DNA of 64,000 nucleotides from Trichodelitschia bisporula (Eukaryota): NCBI GenBank assembly GCA_010356995.1, contig ML996691.1, positions 1,370,174 to 1,434,173 of the forward strand, read 5' to 3'. Shown piece by piece: positions 11,303 to 23,754 of this stretch (position 1 is its first letter; each line of letters starts with the position of its first letter). The notes under the pieces were generated by a model. It saw only the letters and a program-made list of their open reading frames with translations, ran no database searches and was not told where the DNA came from. The position numbers and the translations under genes were made by a program.

Positions 11303-13037
11303 ATGACCACACCCCCGCCCACCAGCGGCGCCACAACTCTAATCCTCCTCCAAATCGCCTCTCGTGCCTTCACCTTCGCCGTCAACCAAATCCTCCTCCG
11401 TTACCTCTCGCCATCCCTCCTCGCCGCAGCCACGCAGCTCGACCTTTACGCCATCACCGTCCTCTACTTCGCGCGCGAAAGCCTCCGCGTCGCCGTCACC
11501 CGCCTCTCCGAGTCCACCAAGGCCATCGTCAACCTCGCGTGCCTTTCCGTCGGGCTCGGATGTCTGCTCGTCGTGGGTGTTGCGGCGCTGTATCGCCGCG
11601 CTGGCGTCCCCCCTGTGCCGTATTTCCTCGATGCGCTTAACATCTATGCCGGTGCCTGCGTCATCGAACTGCTCTCCGAGCCGGCTTTTGTAGCTGCCCA
11701 GCAGCGGTTTCTCTACGGCTTGCGCGCGTCGGCGGAGACGGCGGCGAACTTGACTAGATGCGTGGTCACGTGCGGAGTGGGCATTTGGGCCAGCAAGACG
11801 GGCGTTGATATTGGCGTCATGCCATTTGCTCTGGGGCAGCTGGGCTATTCCATCGTGCTGCTGGGTGTGTATACGCTGCGTACATATCCTCACGTAAAGC
11901 GAGATCAGGCCTCACTCCTCCCCACCGTCCTCGACCCAGCGTAAGCCTTCAACCCTGTACAAAACACATCTAACCCTCCCAGCACCAACCCCATCCTCCT
12001 CTTCTTCAACCGCCCCCTCCTCTCTCTAAGCCTATCCCTCTCCCTCCAGAACACCCTCAAATACATCCTAACCCAAGGTGACGGCCTCCTAATCGCCTCC
12101 CTCCTCTCCCTCCCCGCCCAAGGCTCCTACGCCCTCGCCTCAAACTACGGCTCCCTAATCGCGCGTCTCCTCTTCCAACCCATCGAAGAATCCTCCCGCG
12201 CCCTCTTCGCCCGGAACTGCGCCCCGCAGGGGGCGGGTGGGCAGGTAGGTGGGGAGCCCAGTAAATCCGGCCTCCACGCCGCCGCCTCAACCCTAACCTT
12301 CTACCTCCGCTTCTACACCCTCCTCGCCCTGCCCGCCATCTCGCTCGGTCCCTCCCTCGCCCCCCTCCTCCTGCACCTCGTCGCCGGCCCACGCTGGGCA
12401 CGCTCCGACGCCTCCGCCGTGCTGGCCCGGTACGCACTCTACATCCCGCTCCTCGCGCTCAACGGCGTGAGCGAAGCCTTCGTCGCCGCCGTGGCGAGCG
12501 AGCGCGAGCTCCACACACAAAGCGCGTGGATGGGTTTTTTTTTCGTGGCGTGGGCGGGGGCTGCGTGGGTGCTTATGGGGGAGCTTGGACTGGGGGCGGT
12601 AGGGCTGGTGTGGGCGAATTGTGTGAATATGGGGGGGAGGATTTGGTTTAATGGGGGTTTTGTGAGGGGGTGGTTTGGGAGATATGGGATGGTGAGTTAT
12701 GTTGGTGTTGGTGGGTTTGGGGCGGGTGCTGATAGGGACAGGAGTTTGAGATTGGACCGGTTTTGCCCCGGTGGGAGAGTGTGGCGGTTGCGGTTGCTGC
12801 GGCTGCGGTGTTGAATGCCTCGGTTCCACAAGCACTGAAGGAGTTGGGGCTGGTTGGGGAGGTACTCAGGGTGGGAGGTGTGTCGGGGGTGTTTGGCGTG
12901 TTTGTGTAAGTGACTCTCACCGCTGTTGACGAGTGTGCTAACGGGCAAGACTGTGGTTTGAGAGGGAGTGGCTGCTACAGGCGTATCGGGATACTGTCTC
13001 AAAGCGCGAGGAGAAACAGGAGAAGAAGGTGAAGTAG
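11303..13037 (+). CDS. RFT1: Man5GlcNAc2-PP-dolichol translocation protein Rft1; exons 11303-11940, 11983-12691, 12742-12905, 12950-13037
   Basis: LILLQIASRAFTFAVNQ, LYFARESLR, KYILTQGD, NYGSLIARLLFQPIEESSR and LNGVSEAF motifs; three canonical introns. Confidence 0.93.
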
Positions 13038-13301
13038 AAAAGAAAGGAATCACGCCCGATTCTCTCGAAGTGGTAGCATGGAGATCGCATGGTTGGCGCC
13101 GTGGAAATATTCAGAGTTCTGTCTCTTTGCATGACAAAGCGCGCGTCTATTAGAAAGGCTGACACCCAGAAGCACCTAGTGAGACAGAGACATGGCCTCG
13201 GAGCCTAGCTCCCTCGCCTGCATCAATGGACACTATATAAGGCTGAATACAGAGTATTCATTGACTCGCGCTCCGATCTCACGACGATATCCAACCACGC
13301 T

Positions 13302-15071
13302 ATGGGACGAGTACCGCCATCGCTCTCTCCCTCCAGATCTACCAGCTCCACGCCCTCGCTTCCAGAAGAGTCGGACCCGGGCACGGCGATATCACCAGAG
13401 ATGCCTAACTGGCGGAAGTGGAAGGAGATAGGTCAGCAACTGGAAGAGAAACGGCAACGGATGCTTGAAAGCCTATCCTGTGAGCAGCGGAATAATGCTA
13501 AGGATGAACGACAACGGAAGTACGAGGAAAAGAGACAGCGCCTGGAATTGCAGCGGCTTGAAGATCTGGTCCGAGAGCAGAATGCTAGGGAGGTGTCCCC
13601 GACGTTGATGGCTGAGGAGCGGGAGATGAGGCTGGCGGAGTACTGGTATCGGGATTTCTTGGACCGGGAGTATGAGGAAAATGGACAGCGGCTGGATTCG
13701 CAGCGGTTTGAAAGCCCGGTCCAAGAGCAGCGGGAGAATGCCAGGGAGGATTCCCGGGCGTTGACGGATAATTCCCTGGTGCGCGACCTGGTGAAGGACT
13801 TGTGTCAGGAGTTCAGGAACCGGAGATACGAGGAAGAAAGACAACGTCTGGATTCGCAGCGGTTCGAAGATCTGGTCCAAGAACAGAGTGCTGGGGAGGA
13901 GTCCCAACCCTTGACGGACGAGGACGAGGACCTGGTGAACGCGCTGGCGGGGGACTTGGAGCAGATGTTCTTGAACCAGGAGCACGAGGAAAACATACAT
14001 CCCCTGGACTCGCAGCGGATCGAAAAGCTGCTCCAAGAGCAGCAGGATCGTGCTAGGGTGGATTTCCGGACATTGGCGGACGATTCCCCGGTGAACGAGC
14101 TGGCGGAGGACTTGAATCAGGATTTCTTAAGCCGGGAATACGAGGAAGACAGACAGTGCCTGGACTCGCCGCGGTTCGAAGATCTGGCGCAAGAGCAGCA
14201 AAAGGAGGCTAGGGGCGAGTCCCAAACGTCAACGGACGGCGAGGATCCGGCGACTGTGCTGACGGAGGCCTTGGAGTATGCGTTCATACACCGGGAGTAC
14301 GATGAAAACAGATATCCCCTGTTCGAAAAGCTGCTCCAAGAGCAGCAGGAGCGTGCTAGGGCGGAGTCCGCCAGGTTGCTGGACGACTACCTGGATATCA
14401 AGCTGCAGGAAGACCTAAACCAAGAGGAGGTGCAGCGGGCCGAGATTCGCTACCTGGACCAGGTTGACGTCTGGCAACGGCTGCGCGACGTGCATGCGCT
14501 GTACAGGGCGCGGCGGGAGGAGGCGGAGGACAAGGATGCTGACCCGAGGACGTGGCTCCGGCCCGGTGTGAACGGTGGCGAAGTTCGTGTTCTTTGCTTC
14601 GTGTCGGATGATCACCTCCCGCTCGCGGTGTGGATCCATGTCGATGCGCTGCTAGCCGATCTCGTCGACGAGGTTAAGTGGGAGGTTGCGCCAAGATGGG
14701 GTGCGGTACATCCGCGCCGTATCGAGGTTTTCCCCGTTTCAGTGGAATGGGGGGAGGAGGGCGGGCATGAGGAGGCGGTTCGGCAGGCGGAGGAGGCAGA
14801 ACTGCTGGATTTTGAGGGGGCGGTGGAACGGTGGGCGAGGCCGGGGCATGTGGTTCTGTTTTTTAGGCCGACGGGGATATGGCCGAGGATTGAGGGGGAT
14901 GGGGACGGGGACTGGAGCGAAGGGGGGGGAGGGGACGGGGACGAGAGCGAGGAGGAGGATGGGGACGGGGACGGGAGTGAAGAGGAGGAAGAGGATGGGG
15001 ATTGGAGTGATGTTGTTGAACAGGGGTGGAGAGAAGTATATGATGGTATCGCTCGTGCGGGAGCTACATGA
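13302..15071 (+). CDS. Intronless acidic protein with six ~52-aa repeats and a C-terminal Crinkler-like (ubiquitin-fold) segment
   Basis: 589-aa ORF; TATATAA at ~13233; ~156-nt in-frame repeats at 13515, 13665, 13821, 13977, 14133, 14292. Confidence 0.75.
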   Translation: MGRVPPSLSPSRSTSSTPSLPEESDPGTAISPEMPNWRKWKEIGQQLEEKRQRMLESLSCEQRNNAKDERQRKYEEKRQRLELQRLEDLVREQNAREVSPTLMAEEREMRLAEYWYRDFLDREYEENGQRLDSQRFESPVQEQRENAREDSRALTDNSLVRDLVKDLCQEFRNRRYEEERQRLDSQRFEDLVQEQSAGEESQPLTDEDEDLVNALAGDLEQMFLNQEHEENIHPLDSQRIEKLLQEQQDRARVDFRTLADDSPVNELAEDLNQDFLSREYEEDRQCLDSPRFEDLAQEQQKEARGESQTSTDGEDPATVLTEALEYAFIHREYDENRYPLFEKLLQEQQERARAESARLLDDYLDIKLQEDLNQEEVQRAEIRYLDQVDVWQRLRDVHALYRARREEAEDKDADPRTWLRPGVNGGEVRVLCFVSDDHLPLAVWIHVDALLADLVDEVKWEVAPRWGAVHPRRIEVFPVSVEWGEEGGHEEAVRQAEEAELLDFEGAVERWARPGHVVLFFRPTGIWPRIEGDGDGDWSEGGGGDGDESEEEDGDGDGSEEEEEDGDWSDVVEQGWREVYDGIARAGAT

Positions 15072-15301
15072 TGACGCTTAGCAGTGTTGGGAGCGTGTTA
15101 TAGCCGGATTCTGGGCAATGATTGAGCTGAATGGAAGCTGTCTTCGCTGTCTCTTCCATGATTCTTCGTTAGTATTAACGCCTTAGAGTCTTTGATCTTC
15201 GGTCATTGACGGAGAAGAGACGATGTGTAGAGTACCCGTTGCCCCATCCGCACCTTCTCCCTATAATCCTTCATTCCGCTCCACCATTCATCAAAATCGG
15301 T

Positions 15302-15385
15302 GTCTGAATGGTCTAGTGGTATGATTCTTGCTTAGGGTCGACTAGAACATGCAAGAGGTCCCGCGTTCGACTCGCGGTTCAGACC
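15302..15385 (+). tRNA. tRNA-Pro(AGG) with a 12-nt intron (15338-15349)
   Basis: Acceptor GTCTGAA/TTCAGAC, D-arm TGGTCTAGTGG, anticodon stem CTTGC/GCAAG around TT-AGG-G, T-arm CCGCG-TTCGACT-CGCGG, downstream TTTTT. Confidence 0.95.
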
Positions 15386-15886
15386 GAATTTCCTTTTTGC
15401 TCCTCGGAGTTCAGATGTTAAAGTTTTTGGTGGGTACGTCGTCCGCTAGCTCTTCCTTTCGCCCGCCTAACATTAACTCCGACGTCCAATATCTATTCCA
15501 CGAGCTGTTCGACCCATGGCCGGGTAACCTTTTCGCTGCCAATATGAGACGTGCAGCTCATCGTGGTTGTTTGGGGCCTAGTGGGAGGGGGTTGTCGAGC
15601 GTGAATTTGGGCGAGTCTGATGCTGCTCGGTATCGACATCATTCTTAGCACACACGACCACGGTTGAGTAGACATAGTCGCATCAATGAACGTCGTGAGG
15701 CGAGAGAGCCTTGCAGGAATGTCCACGCTAGAAGGCGTTTGAGGCGAAGCCGAACGAACGATGGAGTCAAAGAGCCCACAAACCGCCGGTCCAAACAACC
15801 CGTTTACCCAAACGCGCACCACATCCCCCATCTCACACCTCATAAGCCATCTCCCTCCCACCCCATTCCACCATACCTACACAACC

Positions 15887-16108
15887 ATGTCCTCCCCTCC
15901 CTCCTTCACCCCCGCCATGCTCTCCCTAACCCACGCCCTCCAACTCTCAGGCCACGACCCCCACGCCATCCACACAGCGCTGGTATCCCGCTTCGGCGCG
16001 CCGGACCGGTGGCAGGACGTGCTGTGCGTCATGCAGGCGCTGTACTTCGGGCCGCGGATGGGAGCTCTGCACCAGGCGGCGACCGGGGGCACGGATAATG
16101 TAGGGTAG
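15887..16108 (+). CDS. Possible 73-aa orphan protein convergent with MCM2
   Basis: ACAACCATG context; C-rich 5' and G-rich 3' composition like neighbouring real genes; no recognisable domain. Confidence 0.35.
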   Translation: MSSPPSFTPAMLSLTHALQLSGHDPHAIHTALVSRFGAPDRWQDVLCVMQALYFGPRMGALHQAATGGTDNVG

Positions 16109-16235
16109 GGGCGTTGACAAGTACATTGCTACCATAGTAAACACATAACGCCTGGTATCCCGCCTCCGTCTTCATCTCTCGTGCCTCATACACCGTCACC
16201 GCCAACCGTCACCGTCAACCGTGAACCATACCGTC

Positions 16236-18907
16236 CTAAGCGCCAACAGTAACCCTCCTCCCCCCCCTCGAACTTTCTCCACCCCGGGCACCCGCCGGAC
16301 GACGACCGGGCTTGTTGAGCGTGTACTTCGCAAACGCGCGCGCCAGCGCCCGCTTGCAACTCACCTTCTGGCTGCCCACGAAGGAGTCGACTGCGACGGC
16401 GATGGCGCGGTCGATGTCCGCGGGGGAGCAGTACTCGCTCAGGCGCATTTTGCAGAAGGATTCGGAGATGCGCATTATGGCTTCCAGGTGGCGGATCTAG
16501 GGCCGGGTTAGCTTCGGTTTACAAGGAAGGGGGGTGGAAAAGGGGGACAAACGGTGATGGGATAAGCCCCTGTTGCAAGTGATTCACGCCTCATATCCGC
16601 AAACAGCCGCGCAACCTTCTCCTGGTCGATCTGGTACAGCTTGGGCCGGACGCGCTCCCGCGCGTACAGGATGTACTTCCGCAGCAAGTCCTGCGCGATA
16701 GGGGCTTCTTGGGCTTGCGTCAGGTCCTGGGTTTGCGAGACCAAGGGCGCGGCCTGCGCGGCCTCGGCGTCAGGATGAGCACGGCCGTGGGAGTTGACGA
16801 CGAAGAGTGCGAGCCGCTCATCCTCATCCGGATCCACGGTATCCCTAACCACACACAGGATATCAAACCGGCTCAAAATCGGCTCAGTCAGCTCCACATT
16901 CTGCGAAAACGGCAGCGTGGAGTTATACCGCCCACCAATCGGATTCGCAGCCGCGACAATAGCACACCTCGCCTGCAGCGTCGTCACAATGCCCGCCTTG
17001 GAAATAGAAATAGTCTGTTGTTCCATGGCCTCGTGGATGGAGGTTCTGTCCTGGTCGTTCATTTTGTCGAATTCGTCGATTAGGCAGACGCCTTTGTCCG
17101 CGAGGACGAGGGCCCCGCCTTCGAGCGTCCATTCGCTGGTCATAGGGTCGCGCCGAACGGAGGCTGTGAGACCGACGGCAGACGCGCCTTGCCCGGTGGC
17201 GAAGACGGCGCGGTGCGCAGTTTGCTCGACGTATTTGAGGACTTGTGATTTTGCGGTCCCGGGGTCGCCGAGGAGGAGCACGTTGATGTCGCCGCGGATG
17301 CGGTGGTCGCCCTCGGTGACTTTGCTCACGCCGCCGAAGAGGGAGAGGGCGACTGCGGTTTTGATATCCGCGTGGCCGTAGATACTGGGTGCGATAGACG
17401 AGATGATCTTCTCGATGATGTTCGGGTCCTTGGCCAACTTGCGGATTTCCTTCTCGTCTTCTTCCGTGATCTTGAAGCCGGCGAGTTGGTCGTGCGATTT
17501 GACGACGTAGTTGGCTTCGAGAATGGTGGCGAAGACGGGGAAGCCGTTTTTGTTGTTCAGGTGCTGGTCGTAGTTGTTCCGGTATATGCCTGTGATTTCG
17601 ACTTCCTCGCCTGGCTTGCAGCTATCGATTAAATCCCAGAGTAGAATAACCTCGCGGTGGCGCGGCAGACGGCCCGCCGGAACCGTGCCCGGCGATTCTT
17701 GGAGTGTTATTTTCTGGTAGTTGCGGTAGACGGTGCGCTCGGCATTGAGGCTGAAGGGCCCGCGAGACTGACAATTCGGGCAAAATGAGATCTTGACTTC
17801 GGAGCTCGCGTCCTGCGGGAAGGGGCCGAGCGTCGTGTGGCACTTCCCGCAGTCGAACTTGACGTACTTGAGCTGCGGGAAGACGCCGCTGCGACGCGTG
17901 ACCACGCCGCTGACGCGCACGAGGCAGTTGAGATGGCTTTGCCGCAACTGGCGCAGCGTGTACTGGACGGGGAGATCGGTGATGCGCACGTGGATCTCGG
18001 AGTGGATGCGCTCGTAGTCCGGGTAATGCAGCAGCGTGGTGTCCATAGCCACTTGATCGAAGATCTCGAGCATTTCCGAGGGCGCGTTGGCGAGGAAGTA
18101 AGCTAGGATGGCTTTGGACTCGGCGAGGTGGTCGTAGGAGACTTCGAGGGACTCGGCGTTAACTTCGCCGAGGGTGCGGATGCGGTTGCCGTACACGGAT
18201 GTGCCGTGCTCGTCCGTGTATTCCGTGAGGAAGGACTTGAATTCGCGGAAGATGGTCTTGTGCACGGCGGGCAGCGCAATCCAGTCGTTCAAACTCGCCG
18301 CTTTGACGTCCTGCAATGCCTCGAGGGAGAGCTCCTCGTCCATGATGTTGTCCGCCATGTCGACATCATCGGGCTCCTCGTCGTAGCGGTGGCGCCGGCG
18401 CCGCGGCTGCTTTGACAGATTGAACAAGGCATCGTCATCCTCGTCCGGCAGATACGCATTCGGCATCTGCTGGCGCAGCTGCGCATCGCGACGGTTAAGC
18501 CGGGCATCAAGCGCGCGCCGCTCAGCAATGCCAAGATCCTCATACTCGCCCTCGTCGTCAATGTCATCGCCGCCGTAGGTATCGTCCTCGCGCTGCTGGT
18601 AGTCGCGCTCGAAATTGTCGGCGAATAGGTCGATGCCGTCGCCTTCTTCGGCTTCTTCGTCTAGGTCGTCGATGTCGCGCATTAGCTCGTCGTCGGGGTC
18701 GAGGTCGTCCTCATCTTCTTCTACGGTGGGGAAGAGCGGTGGGGGAGACGAGGCGGGGGCTATATTGCGAGTTTAGAAACAGATACAACACGGATACGCG
18801 CAGCCCGACTTACGACTCGAGGGCGGCAGGCCTGAGGACGAGGGGACGTCTTGTTCACGCGAGCGCTTGCGCGCGTTGGAGGGGCCGGCGCCGTTGCTGG
18901 AAGACAT
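16236..18907 (-). CDS. MCM2: DNA replication licensing factor Mcm2; exons 18907-18814, 18759-16553, 16496-16236
   Basis: GDPGTAKSQ Walker A, IDEFDKM Walker B, SRFD arginine finger, CxxC..CxxC Zn finger, acidic N-terminus; introns 18760-18813 and 16497-16552. Confidence 0.97.
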
Positions 18908-19276
18908 GCTGTGCGGCTGGGGAGGGGCGGTCAGTTGCAAGCGGGTAAAGGTGAATTAGGCAGGAGGGAAATGTACTAACGCTGTATCCAACTGCGGAAC
19001 TACTATTGCTTGTTTGCCAAACGCGTTGTTGCTGTGAATGGCGAATTGGATGATAGTGGGGGGAGACGCCGAGCGGAGGAAGGGGAGAGAAAACGCGCGA
19101 ACGCGCGTGAACGCGGTGTGGTCGCGCTAGCCCAATCGGGGCTTAATTGACGGCTGAGCAGGCGGCGAGGCAGAACTGCGACCGCGACACGGTGACGAGC
19201 AACTACGCAGTGCGATCCAAACATCCTCAGCCACTCTTTGCATTCCACCCCTCTCTCCTCCCAAGCTACAACAAAC

Positions 19277-20907
19277 ATGCCTTCAGCAAACGAGATGCTG
19301 CCGCCTAACGGTGTTGCCCGCAAAAACAGCGCGTCGCAGGCATCCGATAACTCGCAAACTGCTCAGGAGTACGTCTCATGCGTGCGCTTTTCGTAAGCTT
19401 CTAACGAGGACAGGTTTATCAACAGCCAGCTTGAGTTGGAGGCCGAAGCCCGCGAAGCCTTCCCGTATCAGTTTGATACCTGCACGCGTCCTCTCGGCCC
19501 ACTGCGGCAACTTCTCTTCTCATGTCTCACCTGCAACCCGCCGCCCTCCACCCCCGACGAGCCCTACACGCCCGCCGGCGTCTGCTACGCGTGCTCCATC
19601 TCCTGCCACGGCGAACACGAGCTCGTAGAACTCTTCAACAAGCGCAACTTCGTCTGCGACTGCGGGACAACGAGGCTGCCGCCTACCGCGCCTTGCGGCC
19701 TGCGCGTCGACGATGCAACGGGGCGCAAGAGCCTTATTCATACGGACAAGCCTGCGGAGTCCAATCGGTACAATCAGAACTTCCGGAACAAGTTCTGTGG
19801 ATGCGGGCGCGAGTACGATGCGCATCAGGAGAAGGGCACGATGTACCAGTGCCTTGGCCTGGGGACGGTTGAGGAGGGCGGGTGTGGCGAGGACTGGTGG
19901 CATCCGGAGTGTGTGGTCGGTGTGGAGCGTGATGGGAAAGAGGGCGAGGAGATGCCGCCTGGGTTTCCGAAGGAGGAGGAGTTTGATCACTTCATCTGCT
20001 ACAAGTGCACCGACGCGTATCCGTGGATCAAGAGGTACGCAGGGACGCAGGGGTTCCTCCCGCCGGTATATCACCGCCCTGGCGGGGTCAAGGAGAGCGA
20101 TTCAAAGCCGGAGGTCAAAGAGGAAGGCGCTGCAGAACTGGAGGTCAAAGCAGTCGAGATGCAGCTAGAAGCTCCACCGAAAGTCGAATCGGAAACCACA
20201 GAGGCCTCGTTGCCCGTCCAACCCGTCAGCACCGCTCCCACAGAAACACCCGCTCCCGAGAGTCGTAAGCGGAAGGCTTCAGATGACATCTCAGAATCAG
20301 ATACCAAGCGCACGATGACCGAAGCGTATATCACAAACACATCTCCTTCACACGCTCTGGATCCGTGTCGCTACTCTCGTCTTCCCCCAGCTCCCGAGGG
20401 CCAGGTTTCGATATTTATGGAGGAGGACTACTATGGTCGCTTCTGTCGATGCGAGTCCTGCTTTCCGCGCCTTGCGAAGCATCAGCAGCTCATGGAGGAA
20501 GAAGATACCTACGAACCGCCGCTCTCTTCTGAAGCAGATGGCGAGCCGAACGGCGGTAGTGTCGGGACGGGCAGTCTATTGGAACGCGGAGAGGCTGCGC
20601 TTAGCAACGTGGACCGCGTGCGCGCTATAGAAGGCGTCATGGTCTACAACCATCTGAAGGACCAGGTCAAAAACTTCTTAAAGCCGTTTGCGGACAGTGG
20701 CAAGGCTGTGGGAGCGGAGGACATCAAGGCCTATTTTGAGAAGCTGCGCGGCGACTCAGAAGCTATCAAGGCGGCTCGTGGGGGTGCTACAGAACACAAG
20801 GACGGAGGCGGTGGGGATGGTGATGGGAGACGCGAGCAAAGCGGTGAGTTTTTGTAGTGGTGTGCCCGCTGTGCACGCTGACTTGCTGACTCTTGCTAGG
20901 CTACTGA
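19277..20907 (+). CDS. mlo2: UBR-box/PHD E3 ligase-like protein (UBR7 / S. pombe Mlo2 family); exons 19277-19368, 19414-20843, 20900-20907
   Basis: CYACSISCHGEHELVELFNKRNFVCDCG UBR box, YNQNF..FCGC, MYQC..EDWWH, C-terminal RVRAIEG..YNHLK. Confidence 0.88.
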
Positions 20908-21561
20908 TCCTTTTTATGCAACTGGAAGCTTTGCTTTGCAATCGGCCGTGGGGGGCGTATGGGTGATCTGGGGAGGGGGGGGGGGGGGGGATGCATATGG
21001 TAGTTAGGAGGCAATAATGCAGCAAATATATCTGGTGCCTTAACTGGAAGATGACCTGACTGTTGCCATAGCTTGATTTGATCTCGAATTCTGTGTTTAC
21101 TTGGGAGTACAAGCACAATATCCGCTGGCCATGAGCTGACCCATTCTCTCCGCGCTTCGGGGTTAAAAATATCACGGTAGAGACCCCTTCTCCACATCTT
21201 TCACTCCTGAGATCAAACACGAACATTCGAAGGCCAACAACACGCTTCCTCTCCCACCTAAGTCCGATCATGTATCATCACATTGAATCGTTGCCATTCC
21301 GTCCTTAAGGATCTGTTGCAGCGTGGGAAAAGTACTCGCCAAACCGTCCAACAGACCACTGAGAATCGACGCCAACGGTCAACAACACGTCGCACTCCGC
21401 CCCCCGCCCCTCGCCCCTTCACCCCAATCATCCCCAGTCCCTTCTCCGACCCCCGAACTCTCCACAAATCTCTTTCCACACACCAAACTCTCACACGAAA
21501 CACCGCACATTTCTGCGACGATCATTAATCGCCCCTCGACAACCCCAATTACCTGCCACAG

Positions 21562-23754
21562 ATGTCGGCAAACGTAAAGAAGCACGCCGGAGTCGCAGCG
21601 CAGCACTCCCCGGCCTCGGGACGTAACTCGCCCGCCGGGTCTGGCCGTCCTGCCAGCCCCAGCACGACAGGCACCACCCCAGGCGGCCAGGGCACACCGC
21701 GCAAGAGCACCGCAGGGCCCGCTTCTGCATCTACAACCACCGGTTCACCCAACGGCGTCACCCGCAGTCGCAGCGTGCGCACCACGAACGGGACTCCTAT
21801 CTCTGCCCGCGCGGCCGTTAAGCGCCCGAGTCAAAGCAGCAATCTGATCCAAGCCATGACGCCGGCGGACGAGGACGCGCGCATCGAGGCGGCGGCCTTG
21901 ATTGAGGATCTGAAGACCAGGTTGCAGAAGACGGAATCTGCGACTGAGGAGTATGCGAAGCAGGTGCAGGTGTTGCAGGCGAGGTTGGATGAGTCGACGA
22001 TGGAGCAGGGGAGGTTGGAGGAAAGGGTGCATGAGGAGGAGGAGCGGGTTCAGGATTTGGAGAATGAGAAGAGGGAGAGTGTACGCCAGAGGCGTGAGCT
22101 CGAGGCTATCTATGAGACGGAGCGGGCGACGATGATCAAGGAGAAGGAGGCGACGCAGCGCCGTGACGAGGAACTGCAGGGCATTATCGCCCGGTTGAAG
22201 GAGTCGCTCGCGCAGCGCGATTCTAGACCTGGATTGACGGACGAGAAGCGCCTCTCGCGCACGGGTGGGTTGCAACTGAGGCGTAGAACCTCGACTGATT
22301 CCACAGCGTCGTACCCGCTATCGTCGTCCCCAACGCTGGATGCGCACTTTGCGCCGCCGTCCTCCCTCCAGCGCACCAACAGCAAGAACAACAGCAAGCT
22401 CGTCCTGCAAAAGGACAAGATGATCGAGTCCCTTCGCCTCGAGCTCGCCGAAGCGCAGATCAAACTCGTGGAGATGGAAAACATGGGCGGCGGTCGCATG
22501 CAGGAACTCGAGCGCACACTGCTGGAGGCGCGCATGACCAACGCCCGCCTCATGGAAGACAACGAGTCCTACCAACTCCTGCTCGGCGAAAAGACACTCA
22601 ACGGCGACTTCGCGCGCACCGACATCCTCCGCTCCACCCCCTCAGGCCCAGCCGACGACCACCCAGCCCCTCCCTCCGGCGGCGCCAGTCTAGCCGACGA
22701 ACTCTCCCTCGCCGACGACTCTGAGGCACACGAAGACGACGCCCACGTCCGCAGACTCGAAGCCGAGCTCGCAACGCAAAAGGACCAAAACAAAGCCCTA
22801 ACCCTCTACATCAACAAAATCATCGAGCGCATCCTGCAGCACCAAGGCGGCTACGAAAACATCCTCTCCAACTCCGAAGACCCAGACCCGGCTCCCGCGG
22901 CAGCTCAACCCCCCCCTCCTCCCCCGAAAGACAAGGTCCTCCCCCCGCCGCCCAAGGACGCATCGCCGAGCATGCCCCCGCCGGCTGCGCCCGCCTCGTC
23001 TACGCCTGTCCCCGCTGCGTCGACGACGTTCCTCCAGCGCGCTAAATCGGTCGCTATTGGCGGTGCGCGCCAGCGCCCGCGCCCCACGACTTACACCCCC
23101 GCAGCCGCAGGAGCGCCAGTGCCAGGCGTGACTGAGGATCCGAATACGGCGCCGCGGGTTCCGCTACAGCGCACGCGGTCTTCACGGTTGAGCACTGATA
23201 TGCGGCGCACGACGGGGGAGTGGAGCGGTGCGGCTGCGGCGGTGCTGGTGGGGAATATGTATCGCGGGGGCGAGGGGAGTCCGCGGACGAGTGTGTTTAT
23301 GCGGCAGGCTAGTGGTGGGCCTGGAATTGGTGGTGGTGTGAAGGAGGGTGTGAAGGAGGAGGGGGATGAGGAGGATCCGCGGAAGGCGGCGCTTGAGGCC
23401 CTGACGGGCTCTGGTAGTGGCGAGAAAGAGGAAGTCCCGAGTCCGCCGCGGAGTGTGGCGAGTGGGACGGAGAGGGCTCCGCAGACGGGGGCTGTTATGG
23501 CGGGGAATAAGCCGCGTCCGTTGAGGTTGGTGCAGGAGCATGGGCAGGCAGCGAATCGGAGTAGTTGGTTGCCGAACTTGAGNNNNNNNNNNNNNNNNNN
23601 NNNNNNNNNNNNNNNNNNNNNNNNNNNNNNNNNNNNNNNNNNNNNNNAGGTGTGGAGTGAGGATGAGTGGGAGAGGGAAAGGGAGGGAGGGGATGTGGAG
23701 AGTGTGTGGGGGGATGAGGAGGGGGTTGGGGGGAGGTGGGAGGGGGTGGATTAG
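21562..23754 (+). CDS. Fungal coiled-coil protein; probable intron 22265-22306; 3' end uncertain because of an assembly gap
   Basis: Long ORF with heptad regions and LMEDNESYQLLL / NKALTLYINKIIERIL motifs; N gap at 23583-23647. Confidence 0.8.
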   Translation: MSANVKKHAGVAAQHSPASGRNSPAGSGRPASPSTTGTTPGGQGTPRKSTAGPASASTTTGSPNGVTRSRSVRTTNGTPISARAAVKRPSQSSNLIQAMTPADEDARIEAAALIEDLKTRLQKTESATEEYAKQVQVLQARLDESTMEQGRLEERVHEEEERVQDLENEKRESVRQRRELEAIYETERATMIKEKEATQRRDEELQGIIARLKESLAQRDSRPGLTDEKRLSRTGGLQLRRRTSTDSTASYPLSSSPTLDAHFAPPSSLQRTNSKNNSKLVLQKDKMIESLRLELAEAQIKLVEMENMGGGRMQELERTLLEARMTNARLMEDNESYQLLLGEKTLNGDFARTDILRSTPSGPADDHPAPPSGGASLADELSLADDSEAHEDDAHVRRLEAELATQKDQNKALTLYINKIIERILQHQGGYENILSNSEDPDPAPAAAQPPPPPPKDKVLPPPPKDASPSMPPPAAPASSTPVPAASTTFLQRAKSVAIGGARQRPRPTTYTPAAAGAPVPGVTEDPNTAPRVPLQRTRSSRLSTDMRRTTGEWSGAAAAVLVGNMYRGGEGSPRTSVFMRQASGGPGIGGGVKEGVKEEGDEEDPRKAALEALTGSGSGEKEEVPSPPRSVASGTERAPQTGAVMAGNKPRPLRLVQEHGQAANRSSWLPNLXXXXXXXXXXXXXXXXXXXXXXXVWSEDEWEREREGGDVESVWGDEEGVGGRWEGVD
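23583..23647. other. Assembly gap (65 N)
   Basis: Run of n. Confidence 0.99.
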
